Shown here: positions 19,047 to 28,407 of the stretch, one piece after another
Position numbering within the stretch: the first letter of the stretch is position 1
Layout of the letters: every line of letters starts with the position of its first letter
DNA from: Thermomicrobiales bacterium
GTDB taxonomy: Bacteria; Chloroflexota; Chloroflexia; Thermomicrobiales; UBA6265
DNA length: 64,000 nucleotides
Assembly: GCA_045804965.1 (NCBI GenBank)
Contig: JBJMMD010000047.1
Coordinates: 18,421-82,420 of the forward strand
Reading direction: 5' to 3'
The notes under the pieces: model-generated
What the model was told of the DNA's origin: nothing
Seen by the model: the letters and a program-made list of their open reading frames with translations, nothing else
Database searches by the model: none
Made by a program: the position numbers and the translations under genes

Positions 19047-20027
19047 ATGGGAAGGAACGACACGCTCTTATCTGACGCGCTCGTCAGAAGCTGGCTGCCC
19101 AAACGATCGTTTGGAACGCAGAAATGGGAGGTGGGTGCTCTCGCGATCGTTGCGGGCGCTCCGAACTTTGTGGGCGCGCCGTTGCTTTGCGCCACCGGAG
19201 CGGCACGAAGCGGGGCCGGGGTCGTGCTTCTTGTCGTCCCGCGTTCAATCGTCGGGCCGATTGCCTCGCGATTGCCCGAGGCGGTCTTTCTGCCGATCCC
19301 GGAAGGCGATCCCCAGGCATTTGCTGCCAAAGCTCAAGAACTGATTCTGGAAAGATTTGAAAAGACTCGCGCTCTTGTCATCGGACCCGGGCTCGGAGAA
19401 GATCAACACGCGACTGCGCTCATGGGCATGGTGTTCGGCAAGATCTCTGCCTATCGTGCGGAGATCGGATTTTCTAGCCAAATGCAGCTTGCGAATGCAA
19501 CCGAGGAGCCGGCGGGAATTGCCGGGCGCGATACTCCAGCGGTTGTCGATGCCGACGGATTGAATTGGCTTGGCAAGCAGGCCGACTGGTGGACGAAGTG
19601 CAAACCCAAGAGTCTCGTCTTGACCCCGCACGTTGGCGAGATGAGTAGACTCTTGGATACCGAACCGAAAGACATCATCGCGGATCCTGTGGCAGTTGCA
19701 AAAGCCGCCGCAACCAAGTGGAAGCAGACGGTCGTGTTGAAGTACGGGCACAGCGTTGCGACCGATGGCACTGTCGCCTATGTCGCGCCGGACGCGCCCT
19801 TGTCGCTGGCTACCGCGGGCGTAGGCGACGTGCTTGCGGGCATGATTGGAGGGCTTCTCGCCCAGGGCGTACCACCGCTCGAAGCGGCCGCGACGGCGTT
19901 GTACCTAGGGCCAAAGGCGGCGAGGCGAGTTGAGCAAGTGACAGGTTCGCTCGGACTTCTCGCTGGCGACTTGCCGCTGGCAGTCGCCGAAGAGCTTCGA
20001 TTACTGGAAGACTCGAAGGGAGCCTAA
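19047..20027 (+). CDS. nnrD: ADP-dependent NAD(P)H-hydrate dehydratase (YjeF C-terminal type only)
   Basis: GALAIVAGAPNFVGAPLLCATGAARSGAG, VIGPGLG, LTPHVGEM and GVGDVLAGMIGGL. ATG 19047 is preferred. The track start at 18978 overlaps acpS by 29 nt and is an alternative. There is no epimerase (YjeF-N) domain. Confidence 0.8.
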   Translation: MGRNDTLLSDALVRSWLPKRSFGTQKWEVGALAIVAGAPNFVGAPLLCATGAARSGAGVVLLVVPRSIVGPIASRLPEAVFLPIPEGDPQAFAAKAQELILERFEKTRALVIGPGLGEDQHATALMGMVFGKISAYRAEIGFSSQMQLANATEEPAGIAGRDTPAVVDADGLNWLGKQADWWTKCKPKSLVLTPHVGEMSRLLDTEPKDIIADPVAVAKAAATKWKQTVVLKYGHSVATDGTVAYVAPDAPLSLATAGVGDVLAGMIGGLLAQGVPPLEAAATALYLGPKAARRVEQVTGSLGLLAGDLPLAVAEELRLLEDSKGA

Positions 20028-20501
20028 GTGGCAGATCCGACCGTCGCCGACCTGATGCGCGTCGATTTCCCGACTCTCGCCCCTGACGATTCGATTGCCT
20101 CGGTCGCGCGCCAAATCGCAGGTTCGGGCCTGCCCGGACTTCCGGTCATGGAAGATGGCGAGATTATCGGGATCATCACCGAGGCGGACATCATCAGTCG
20201 TGAAGCCGAAGTGGATGTCCCGGCCCCAAGCACGTTCTTGGACGCGATTTTCTCGATCGATGTCGGTCGAGACTTCGACGATGAGCTGCGCCGAGTTGTC
20301 TCGGTCACCGCGCGCGAATTGATGAGCCATCCTGTGTACAACATCTTGCAAACTGCGACACTCAGCCAGGCGGCGACGCTCATGATTGATCGAAAAGTGA
20401 ACCCGGTTCCCGTCGTTGACAACAACCACTCGCTCGTGGGAATCGTTTCTCGCGCAGATTTAGTGAGAGTTATTGCCCGCCTGGAAGGCGAATCGGGCTA
20501 A
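20028..20501 (+). CDS. CBS-pair domain protein
   Basis: Two CBS repeats (LPGLPVMEDGEIIGIITEADII and VNPVPVVDNNHSLVGIVSRADLV). It starts 1 nt after the nnrD stop. Confidence 0.8.
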   Translation: MADPTVADLMRVDFPTLAPDDSIASVARQIAGSGLPGLPVMEDGEIIGIITEADIISREAEVDVPAPSTFLDAIFSIDVGRDFDDELRRVVSVTARELMSHPVYNILQTATLSQAATLMIDRKVNPVPVVDNNHSLVGIVSRADLVRVIARLEGESG

Positions 20502-20537
20502 AACGGGGCCGGCGGCAATGAGCGTCAGCAATATCTC

Positions 20538-21764
20538 GTGTACCGCAACCAATTGACCGTGAGTAAGCATGTCTTTGGCGGCGCCGCAGCGAGCGTTTCA
20601 CAGCGCGCGACCCGGGCGATCGTCGACCTCGACGCAATTGCCGGTAACGTTGCAATCTTCCGAAATCTAATCGCTCCGGCGACCAAGCTGCTGGCTGTCG
20701 TCAAAGCGAATGGTTATGGTCACGGCGCCGTCATGATCGCGGGTACTGCACTTGCGGCCGGCGCCGACCAACTCGCGGTTGCGACGGTCGACGAGGGCGC
20801 TGAGCTTCGGGCCGCGCAAATTCACGCCCCAATCCTTGTTTTAGGACCAGCAAGCCACAGTGAGATTGCCCGGGCGCTTCGCCTGGGCTTGCAACTGTCA
20901 GTCGCGACGCTTGCTTCGATCAATGCCATTTCAGATGAGGCGGATTGCGCAGGTGCGCTTCGACCCGCCGAGCTCCATCTCAAGATCGACACCGGCATGC
21001 GGCGATACGGCTGTATGCCGGAAAACGCATTGGCACTTGCTCGGCGGATTGCGGAGGATCGGCGTCTTAAATTCACCGGCTTGTTCACGCATTTTGCAAG
21101 CGCTGACGAAGAGAACGAACAGCGAACGCTCGAACAGGTCGACGTGTTTGAAGCGACCGTGGACACCATTCGCACATCCGGCATCGACGTCGGAATTCGG
21201 CATGTGGCAAACAGCGCCGCGACACTTCGGTCTCGACGGTACGACTACGATTTGGTCCGGGTGGGCATTTCCCTCTATGGAATCGCACCATCGTCGGAGA
21301 CAACGCTCGCGTCTGGCCTCCGTCCAGCAATGTCGATTCGAAGCGAGCTCGGTCGCGTGTTCGAATTGGCGCCTGGCGATCGAGTGAGCTATGGCGGGAC
21401 GTACGTCGCAAGAAACCGGGAACGGGCGGCGCTTGTGCCGATCGGATACGCAGACGGCTATCGGCGCGGTTTTTCCGGAAAGGCCTGGATGGCAATTGAC
21501 GGCGTTCAATGTCCGATTCTTGGTCGTGTTTGCATGGACCAAACAATCATTGGACTGCCGGCCGAGGTGCAAGCGCACGAAGGGAATGAGGTAATCATCG
21601 CCGGTACGGGCACTGCCCCGAGTCTCGACGAGCTCGCGAATGTGGTCGGCACGATTCCCTATGAGATCGCAGCGAGCATCGCGCGACGAGTTCCGCGGTA
21701 CTTTGTCGAGCGCGGCGACCTCGTCGCGGTGGAAGACCTCGACGGCCTTCACCAGTTGCGCTAA
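20538..21764 (+). CDS. alr: alanine racemase
   Basis: AVVKANGYGHG (PLP lysine), YGI.PS and GRVCMDQ motifs. GTG start, with its exact position uncertain. Confidence 0.9.
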   Translation: MYRNQLTVSKHVFGGAAASVSQRATRAIVDLDAIAGNVAIFRNLIAPATKLLAVVKANGYGHGAVMIAGTALAAGADQLAVATVDEGAELRAAQIHAPILVLGPASHSEIARALRLGLQLSVATLASINAISDEADCAGALRPAELHLKIDTGMRRYGCMPENALALARRIAEDRRLKFTGLFTHFASADEENEQRTLEQVDVFEATVDTIRTSGIDVGIRHVANSAATLRSRRYDYDLVRVGISLYGIAPSSETTLASGLRPAMSIRSELGRVFELAPGDRVSYGGTYVARNRERAALVPIGYADGYRRGFSGKAWMAIDGVQCPILGRVCMDQTIIGLPAEVQAHEGNEVIIAGTGTAPSLDELANVVGTIPYEIAASIARRVPRYFVERGDLVAVEDLDGLHQLR

Positions 21765-21773
21765 ATGCAATGC

Positions 21774-21795
21774 GGCCACCGGCATGCCGGTGGCC
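21774..21795. terminator. perfect 22-nt palindromic hairpin between convergent alr and the HTH gene
   Basis: GGCCACCGGCA|TGCCGGTGGCC is fully self-complementary. It lies 10 nt after the alr stop and 34 nt after the stop of the gene at 21829. No T tract on either side. Confidence 0.5.
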
Positions 21796-21828
21796 GAAGT
21801 AGGAGATTCTCTGCTTGGATGAGGTCGG

Positions 21829-22359
21829 TTATTCGGCGCGGCCGATTTCGCCTTCGACCTGCTTGAGGTATTCAATGTCTCGGCGGACGACGAAGGTTCG
21901 GCCGCTCATGTCATCCCGCACATAGTTCAAGCGGCGGTCGTCCATCCACCGGTAAATTGTTGGACGAGTAACGCCAAGCTGTTGCGCGGCATTGCCAATA
22001 CTGACCAACTCTCCTGGCTCGTAGGCTCGGAATTTCGCCATCGCCATCATCCGACCAAGGTCCGTATCCCAGAATGATCGGGGGACGGTGTAGTCGTCGG
22101 CCGCTGCCGGCCAGAATAAAAGCTGGACAACGGAATCGATTGCAGTCAAGACGCGCTCTTTCGGTTCGCGAATCTGACCTTTGGCAAGCATCGCGAGCCG
22201 GTGCAGGTCTTGCCCGAGCGGGCCGGTGCGGAGCCGATCGATCGACAATGATTCAAATGCAGACGGATAAAGCCGTGAGATGAGGCGGTGATGATGGCTA
22301 TACACAAGCTGCAGGGCCTGATCGATCACATCCTGGTAGTCCCGGGGCTCGGCCTCCAC
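21829..22359 (-). CDS. hypothetical protein with C-terminal excisionase/MerR-type helix-turn-helix
   Basis: C-terminus reads VSIGNAAQQLGVTRPTIYRWMDDRRLNYVRDDMSGRTFVVRRDIEYL (excisionase-family HTH pattern). I cannot assign the roughly 110-aa N-terminal part. GTG start with AAGGAG 5 nt upstream. Confidence 0.6.
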   Translation of the reverse strand: MEAEPRDYQDVIDQALQLVYSHHHRLISRLYPSAFESLSIDRLRTGPLGQDLHRLAMLAKGQIREPKERVLTAIDSVVQLLFWPAAADDYTVPRSFWDTDLGRMMAMAKFRAYEPGELVSIGNAAQQLGVTRPTIYRWMDDRRLNYVRDDMSGRTFVVRRDIEYLKQVEGEIGRAE

Positions 22360-22420
22360 GATGGCTCCTTTCTGTCGACCCCATGCAGTTTTGAGCGTAC
22401 GTTCCGGACTGTACGGTCGG

Positions 22421-22450
22421 ATTGTACGCTCACTGTAGGTTACTTGTCAA
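22421..22450 (-). promoter_or_regulatory. near-consensus sigma70 promoter of the HTH gene
   Basis: Reverse strand reads TTGACA (22450-22445), an 18-nt spacer, then TACAAT (22426-22421). It is about 60 nt upstream of the GTG at 22359 and is overlapped by CGTAC(A/G) direct repeats. Confidence 0.55.
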
Positions 22451-22595
22451 TCTTTTGCGGCGCTTATGGTCAGACTGCGGACGCTCGCCGCAGGAAACTC
22501 GTCGAAAGACCATCGCATCGATGGGACTACACGAACAATTGACCTTAAGTATTTCGGAATGTTGGACCTTACGGTGCTCGGGTTGTGCGAAGGAA

Positions 22596-22946
22596 TTATC
22601 CGCCGGTGGCCATGCCGCGAACGGCGAGGCCAGCGATGAAGAGCGCGGCGAGGCTATAAAATAACAGTGATTGGCGAGGATGACGTTCCTTCGCGTACGA
22701 CCAGACGAAGGGCAGGACCACCACGATCGTGATGCCGTAGAGCAAATGTATCGAGCTCTCAGGTCGAAATCCGTCAAGGTAGAGGATTCCGCCCAGCGCC
22801 GCTTGAATCACGATTAGCACCTGGCCAATGGCGAGCGTGCCTGCTAGGCTGCCGGACAAGGATTCCCCGCGGCTAAAGCTAAAGAGCCCCCAAAAACCTA
22901 CGGCGGCCATGAAGAGCAACACGGTCGTAGCTAATCGATCGTGCAT
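22596..22946 (-). CDS. small integral membrane protein (4 predicted TM helices), function unknown
   Basis: 116 aa, with four hydrophobic stretches judged by eye (TTVLLFMAAVGFWGLF, LAIGQVLIVIQAALGGILY, LLYGITIVVVLPFVW, LLFYSLAALFIAGLAV). I recognise no family motif. Confidence 0.5.
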   Translation of the reverse strand: MHDRLATTVLLFMAAVGFWGLFSFSRGESLSGSLAGTLAIGQVLIVIQAALGGILYLDGFRPESSIHLLYGITIVVVLPFVWSYAKERHPRQSLLFYSLAALFIAGLAVRGMATGG

Positions 22947-23095
22947 CAGCAGGATCGTGGTCAGCGGAATCTCCCTTTCAAGAACACGCTCTTTTTGCCC
23001 GCACGCCTGCCATCAGCGTTTGAACCAAACGAAAGTGTAATTCTCATCGATTAATGTCACCGGAAAGTAATGAACACGTTCCTTGGTGGCAGCGG

Positions 23096-23932
23096 TTAGA
23101 GAAGTGGGAGCTGGAGTTGAAATTCATGTGGATCGGCGACAAAGGTGCCGTCCGACCGCCAAGCGAGATCGGAGCCGTGCCGAGGCATGGTGATTAGTTT
23201 GAATGGGCCGACTTTGTCGGCGAGTGCTGATTGCACCGAACGTATGGCGATAGCCGGCGTATTGTTCGTCTGTGAAAGGTGCGCAAGCCAAATGGTGACA
23301 GGCGTTTGGCGGGCGGACAAGGATCTGGTTAGAAGTTCCGCGCAGTCGGCATTTGACAAGTGACCGACGTCTGAGAGCACGCGACGTTTGAGGTAGGCGG
23401 GATACGGCCCGCGGCGCAACATCGTCTCGTCGTGATTGGCTTCGAGCACGATCAAATCGGAGGTCGCGAGGGGCTCGATCAAAGCGTCATTTGCGCAGCC
23501 GAGGTCGGTCACCACGGTAACCCGCGTGCTTGGAGTTTCGATGAGATAGCCGCATGGCTCCAGGGCGTCATGCGAGACGGACAGAGGTTGTATGACTAGG
23601 CCGTCCAGTGAAAGTTGCTTTCCAGGAAGCGCGCGCATGAACGAGGAAGATGCGAGCTCGATGGCGGCGGCGGTCCCGGCCGTGGAGACAACAGGAACAC
23701 CCCTCTTCGTAAACCAGCCCACGCCGCGCACGTGATCGATGTGCTCGTGAGTGAGGAGCACCGCGGAGAGCTGGTCAGGCGCGCGGCCGACCAGTGCGAG
23801 ACCGGCACGCAACGTCCGAGGCGCAACGCCGGCGTCGATGAGGACAGCCGACGAGCCTGCCTCAATGAGCATTGCGTTGCCGGAGCTTCCGCTGCCGAAT
23901 GACCGTATTGAGACAAGCAATTGTTTACCCAC
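23096..23932 (-). CDS. MBL-fold metallo-hydrolase
   Basis: FGSGSSGNAMLIEAG...LLTHEHIDHVRG (HxHxDH)...GHLS. The start is provisionally GTG 23932, just upstream of the first conserved strand. The track start at 24160 adds 76 non-conserved residues. Confidence 0.78.
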   Translation of the reverse strand: MGKQLLVSIRSFGSGSSGNAMLIEAGSSAVLIDAGVAPRTLRAGLALVGRAPDQLSAVLLTHEHIDHVRGVGWFTKRGVPVVSTAGTAAAIELASSSFMRALPGKQLSLDGLVIQPLSVSHDALEPCGYLIETPSTRVTVVTDLGCANDALIEPLATSDLIVLEANHDETMLRRGPYPAYLKRRVLSDVGHLSNADCAELLTRSLSARQTPVTIWLAHLSQTNNTPAIAIRSVQSALADKVGPFKLITMPRHGSDLAWRSDGTFVADPHEFQLQLPLL

Positions 23933-24137
23933 GCTTGATGCCGGAAAGCTTCTTGATCTAACAATGGTACGATGACCAGTGGTGAGCGTGTCAGGTCCGG
24001 CGCTCCTCAGTTTGTCAGCCGAAGGAGTCGTCAAGCTGGTGTTCTCCCGCGTACGAAGACCATCGCTTCGGTCTAGCTCCGCCGGCTCGAGCGCAACATC
24101 GCTCCGGAATTTCCGACTCTCGCCTTCGACGAAACGG

Positions 24138-26870
24138 ATGTTGATCACCGCGGTGATCATCGTACTTCTGTTGCTCTTGCTCTTTGGAACAGCGAGTTTC
24201 TGGATTCAATGGTGGTGGTTCGAGAGCCTCGGCTATCGCTCGGTACTGACGAGAAACTATTCCGTCAAAATCGTCTCGTTTTTGGCCTTCGGCGCGATCG
24301 CGGCCCTCTTCTTTTTCGGCAATGTGGCGTTGGCGTTACGGCGAACCCGTCCCGAGCAAGCAGAGCAGGGCTTTCGTCGCGTTGCCGGCCGCGCCATCTT
24401 CATGTTGGCAATAGCGGGCGCGGTCTTGATCTTCCTGATCTCCGGGATTTGGGGAGCTTCTAAATGGCAAACGTGGCTCCTCTGGCTGCATGGCCGCAGC
24501 TTTGGAATCGAAGATCCAGTTTTTCACCGCGATGCGGGCTTCTATGTCTTCACCCTGCCGGCTCTATCAGCGTTACGTTCGGGGCTCCTCGCCATCATTG
24601 TGGTCACGATTGTTGCCGTCATTTTCACTTACGGCATGCGCCTCGGAGTTCGCCCTTCGACCATTCGTCAAGCGCCCAGTTCAATGCTGGTCCATGTTTT
24701 CGCGCTGGGCGGCGCTTTGTTGCTCGTCTTGGGGTTCGGCTACGTCATCGCGAACTATGAGCTCGTGTACTCCGGTCGAGGTGTGGTCTACGGCGTGAGC
24801 TATACCGACGCTCATATTCAGCGCTACGTCAATCTGATTCTGGCGGCCATGTCAATTGCCGCGGCCATTCTCCTCTTCGCAAATGCATTCGTGCGGAGGG
24901 TTCGGTGGCTCGTTTTGATCGTTGGCGTCTGGGTCGTGGTGAGCCTTTTTCTCGGTGTGTTCTTGCCGTCGATCGTGCAGCGGTCAGTTGTCGAGCCGAG
25001 CGAGCTCAAGCGCGAGAATCCATATATCGCGAACAATCTCGAAATGACCACCGCCGCATATGGCCTTCAGAACGTCTCGGGCGGCGAACTCTCAGGACAA
25101 GAGCCGGTTACCCCGCAAACTCTTTCGACCAACTCGGACACGATCGAAAATGTTCGCCTGTGGGATTACCGAGTGATTCGTCAGACGTTCCAACAACTGC
25201 AGTCCTTCGCGCCGTATTACGTCTTCAACGACGTGGACGTTGAGCGATACGTCGTCAACAATCAGCTCCGTCAAGTCCTGCTGTCCGCGCGCGAAATGGA
25301 GACATCTGGTCTGCCAGAAACCGCCAAGACGTGGACGAACCAGCGGCTTGTATACACCCGCGGTTACGCCGTTGTAGTGAGCCCTTCGAACGAAATTTCG
25401 CCCCAAGGACTGCCGCAGCTCTGGGTCGCGAATGTTCCACCAACTGGTGATGAGCCACTCAACATCACGAGACCGGAAATCTATTTTGGCGAACTCTCGT
25501 CGAATTGGGTCATCGTCGATTCGAATCAATCGGAATTCAATGGACTGAGCCAAGGTAACCAGGCGACGAATTTCCAGGGGACGGCGAAGGGCTCGATTCG
25601 GCTCAATAATTTTCTCAAACGGCTTATGACCGCGGCGTATCTCAAGGACAGAAATGTGTTCTTAAGTGGGGCGATCAACGACCAATCACAGCTCTTGATG
25701 CGACGTGATATCACGGGCCGCATCCACGAAATAGCCCCGTTCTTGACGCTTGACCCCGATCCCTATCTAGTCATCGCGAACGGTAAGCTGTATTGGATTG
25801 TTGACGCTTACACGACGACTGACCGCTTCCCCGATTCAACGCCGACGAGCGGCTTCAACTACATCCGAAACAGCGTCAAAGTCGTCGTCGACGCCTACGA
25901 CGGCACAACCACGTTCTATCGTACAGCGAATCCCGACCCGATCGCCGACGCCTTTGGCAAGATTTATCCCGATCTCTTCGAGCCAATCTCGAATGCTCCG
26001 CCAGTAATTGCCGGACAGTTCCGTTACCCGGAGCACCTCTTCGACGTTCAATCAGAGGTTTACACGAACTATCACATCACCGACCCGACGTCTTTTTATA
26101 ACGGTGAAGATCGTTGGGCTATCCCTCAAGAGCAGACTGGCAATGGCACAGTGGCGGAGATGGAAGCGTATTACGTCGTCATGAAGTTGCCGAGCGAGTC
26201 CGAGCTTGGCCTTTCGCTCATTCGCCCGTTTACGCCTGGTGGTTCGACGAATCGCCAAAATATGACCGCGTGGATGGCGGGACAGGTCTCAAGCGATGGT
26301 TCGTTGCAGCTTGTGGTTTACCGGTTCCCGCGTCAAGAAACCGTGTTTGGCCCGCAGCAGATCGAGGCTCGCATCCTGCAGGAACCGGATATCTCTGCCC
26401 AAATTACTCTCTGGAATCAAGCCGGGTCACGTGTGGTGAGCGGGAATTTGCTCGTAATTCCGCTCGGCGAGAGCGTGCTGTATGTGGAACCGCTCTATTT
26501 GCAGGCGACCGGTCCACAAGGCGGACTGCCTGAGCTCAAACGCGTTATCGTCGCCTCGAATCAAAAGGTTGTCATGCGGCCGACGCTCAAGGAAGCGCTA
26601 CAAGCGCTCGTAGAAGGCGCTCCCACGACTGAACAACCGGCCGAACCGCCAACCGAACAGCCTCCACCTACGACGCCAAGTCAAAATCAAGATGTCGCCT
26701 CGCTTTCGCAGCAGGCTTTGGAAGCCTATCAGCGCGGGCAACAAGCCTTGCAACAAGGTGACTGGACGACCTATGGTCAGCAGCAAGCGATTTTGGCAGA
26801 CCTGTTGCAACGTTTGGCGACAGCAACCGGCACCGCTCCGGCTACTCCAGTGGCAACTCCAACACCCTAG
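24138..26870 (+). CDS. UPF0182-family large membrane protein
   Basis: N-terminal polytopic region with FWIQWWWFESLGY, a large extracytoplasmic body and a Pro/Gln-rich C-terminus (AYQRGQQALQQGDWTTYGQQQ). ATG 24138 is preferred over the track GTG at 23979. Confidence 0.85.
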   Translation: MLITAVIIVLLLLLLFGTASFWIQWWWFESLGYRSVLTRNYSVKIVSFLAFGAIAALFFFGNVALALRRTRPEQAEQGFRRVAGRAIFMLAIAGAVLIFLISGIWGASKWQTWLLWLHGRSFGIEDPVFHRDAGFYVFTLPALSALRSGLLAIIVVTIVAVIFTYGMRLGVRPSTIRQAPSSMLVHVFALGGALLLVLGFGYVIANYELVYSGRGVVYGVSYTDAHIQRYVNLILAAMSIAAAILLFANAFVRRVRWLVLIVGVWVVVSLFLGVFLPSIVQRSVVEPSELKRENPYIANNLEMTTAAYGLQNVSGGELSGQEPVTPQTLSTNSDTIENVRLWDYRVIRQTFQQLQSFAPYYVFNDVDVERYVVNNQLRQVLLSAREMETSGLPETAKTWTNQRLVYTRGYAVVVSPSNEISPQGLPQLWVANVPPTGDEPLNITRPEIYFGELSSNWVIVDSNQSEFNGLSQGNQATNFQGTAKGSIRLNNFLKRLMTAAYLKDRNVFLSGAINDQSQLLMRRDITGRIHEIAPFLTLDPDPYLVIANGKLYWIVDAYTTTDRFPDSTPTSGFNYIRNSVKVVVDAYDGTTTFYRTANPDPIADAFGKIYPDLFEPISNAPPVIAGQFRYPEHLFDVQSEVYTNYHITDPTSFYNGEDRWAIPQEQTGNGTVAEMEAYYVVMKLPSESELGLSLIRPFTPGGSTNRQNMTAWMAGQVSSDGSLQLVVYRFPRQETVFGPQQIEARILQEPDISAQITLWNQAGSRVVSGNLLVIPLGESVLYVEPLYLQATGPQGGLPELKRVIVASNQKVVMRPTLKEALQALVEGAPTTEQPAEPPTEQPPPTTPSQNQDVASLSQQALEAYQRGQQALQQGDWTTYGQQQAILADLLQRLATATGTAPATPVATPTP

Positions 26871-26872
26871 AT

Positions 26873-27571
26873 TTAGCCAAAGATTGCTCGGCCGATGCGC
26901 ACCTCGGTTGCGCCTTCTTCGATGGCGACTTCAAAGTCGTTCGTCATTCCCATCGATAGCGTTCGCAGGTCGGTATCCGGCAGACAGCTTTGCAGGCGAT
27001 CTCTCAGCTCGCGCAACCCTCGAAACACAGGCCGAACCTCTTCGGCATCACCGACCAGCGGCGCGATCGACATTAAACCTTCGAGTCGCAGGCCGGCGCG
27101 CGCTGAGATATCACGCGCGAAGTGAACAACATCGTCTGCCGAACACCCGGCCTTCTGTTCCTCGCCCGCAATATTGACTTGCAACAACACTGGAATCGCG
27201 AGCCCGGACTTGATCGCCTGACGATCGAGCGTTTCGATCAGCGAAACGCGGTCGACGGATTCAATGCGATGGAAGAGGCGAACTGCAATACTCGCCTTGT
27301 TCGATTGAAGTTGCCCGATCATCGAGAGCACGGCGTCAACGGGCAAGGGTTGCTCGAACTTTCGAGTCGCATCTTGCACCCGGTTCTCGCCAAAGTGGCG
27401 CAGACCAGAGGCGTATGCCTGATCGATCATTGCCCTCTCGACCGTTTTCGTCACCGCGACGAGCGTTACTTCGGCGGCTGAGCGCCCCGACTTTTCCGCC
27501 GCAGCTGCAATCCGTGTGAGCACGGCTTCAAGTCGTTCTGTGAGGGCCGCAGCAGAGACAGCGCTTTTCAT
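26873..27571 (-). CDS. yggS: YggS-family pyridoxal-phosphate homeostasis protein
   Basis: VTLVAVTKTV (PLP lysine), HFGENRVQ, IGQLQSNK and SMGMTNDFEVAIEEGAT.VRIG. ATG 27571 overlaps the pgeF stop (ATGA). It is convergent with UPF0182 across a 2-nt gap. Confidence 0.9.
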   Translation of the reverse strand: MKSAVSAAALTERLEAVLTRIAAAAEKSGRSAAEVTLVAVTKTVERAMIDQAYASGLRHFGENRVQDATRKFEQPLPVDAVLSMIGQLQSNKASIAVRLFHRIESVDRVSLIETLDRQAIKSGLAIPVLLQVNIAGEEQKAGCSADDVVHFARDISARAGLRLEGLMSIAPLVGDAEEVRPVFRGLRELRDRLQSCLPDTDLRTLSMGMTNDFEVAIEEGATEVRIGRAIFG

Positions 27572-28407
27572 GTGGAAGGCCCAGATAGGGCGATGAACGC
27601 GGCGAATCGGCCCGTATTTGGACCCTGACCACGGTGGGAAAACCAGCTCTCGCCGCCGCACTTCGTGCAGACAGCAGCGACTTCTATGTTGTTCGGCATG
27701 ATGCCTGCACGGATCAACAACACTTGATTTGCCCGGCGCAAGTCCAAGAAAGTTGTCCCGTTTCGCTCAAAAATCGCTTCGGTGAAAGCTTCGCCCGCTT
27801 GAAAACGCCATGCTTGGATGACCTCGTCACCGACCTCATAACAACAAGGGCCAATCGATGGGGCGAAAAAGGCAGTCAGCTGAGATGAGTCAGCACGGAA
27901 AGTTTCCTTCATCGCCCGCACGGTCGCGCCAGCGACGTCTTCCACCGTGCCGCGCCAGCCGGCATGAATCGCCGCGACGGCCGGCGTCGTGGGATCGATT
28001 AGCAGAATCGGTAGGCAATCGGCGTGAAGGGTCATAAGAGTGACTCCAGGTTCGCGGGTGAACAGCGCATCTGCACGGCCGAGCGGTTCGGAGCCCGGAG
28101 CCGCGCCCTTTCCAGCGTCAGTCGAACGCACTTCAATCACATTCGCGCCGTGTACCTGTCGCAAGCCGACAATTGATGTTGCGTCAAATTCGATTGCTTC
28201 GGCCCACTGCCGGCGCATCTCCCACGCATCGGCCTGATCCCTTGGAATCCCATAACCAACATTGCCGTCGGCGGCGCCAAGTCCGGGCACTCGAAAGGTG
28301 ACGCCGTGCCGAACAAAGGGAAAACTCAATAAGCGATTGCTTTGCAACGGCCTCAGCAGATTGACGCCCGGGATGAATTCGTCAGGTTCTTTCGTCGCGA
28401 CACTCAC
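27568..28407 (-). CDS. pgeF: peptidoglycan editing factor PgeF (YfiH/DUF152, laccase-domain protein)
   Basis: LRQVHG, HADCLPILLIDP and AAIHAGWRGT motifs. Confidence 0.85.
   Translation of the reverse strand: MSVATKEPDEFIPGVNLLRPLQSNRLLSFPFVRHGVTFRVPGLGAADGNVGYGIPRDQADAWEMRRQWAEAIEFDATSIVGLRQVHGANVIEVRSTDAGKGAAPGSEPLGRADALFTREPGVTLMTLHADCLPILLIDPTTPAVAAIHAGWRGTVEDVAGATVRAMKETFRADSSQLTAFFAPSIGPCCYEVGDEVIQAWRFQAGEAFTEAIFERNGTTFLDLRRANQVLLIRAGIMPNNIEVAAVCTKCGGESWFSHRGQGPNTGRFAAFIALSGPST

Noticed and set aside
20931-21875. Long ORFs antisense to well-supported genes: 20931-21875(-) opposite alr, 35519-36403(-) opposite GH38, 53091-53879(+) opposite glpX, 56934-57836(+) opposite dinG/M20, 3477-4316(+) opposite polA and 2127-2837(+) opposite polA.
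   Set aside because: Their translations are Arg/Ser/Pro/Gly-rich with no motifs and lack RBSs. They lie entirely opposite genes with strong family signatures. This is the typical shadow-ORF artefact of GC-rich DNA.
23072-23081. GAACACGTTC inverted repeat upstream of the small membrane-protein gene, and the AGAACAGATTGCT half-site at 4361-4373 near polA, considered as additional LexA boxes.
   Set aside because: The first has a 2-nt rather than a 4-nt spacer. The second has only one GAAC half-site. Neither matches GAAC-N4-GTTC.
21829-24160. Excisionase-type HTH gene plus neighbours as a prophage or integrative-element remnant.
   Set aside because: I noticed no integrase, recombinase, phage structural genes, flanking direct repeats, adjacent tRNA target or obvious compositional shift by eye. 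The neighbours are a small membrane protein and an MBL hydrolase.
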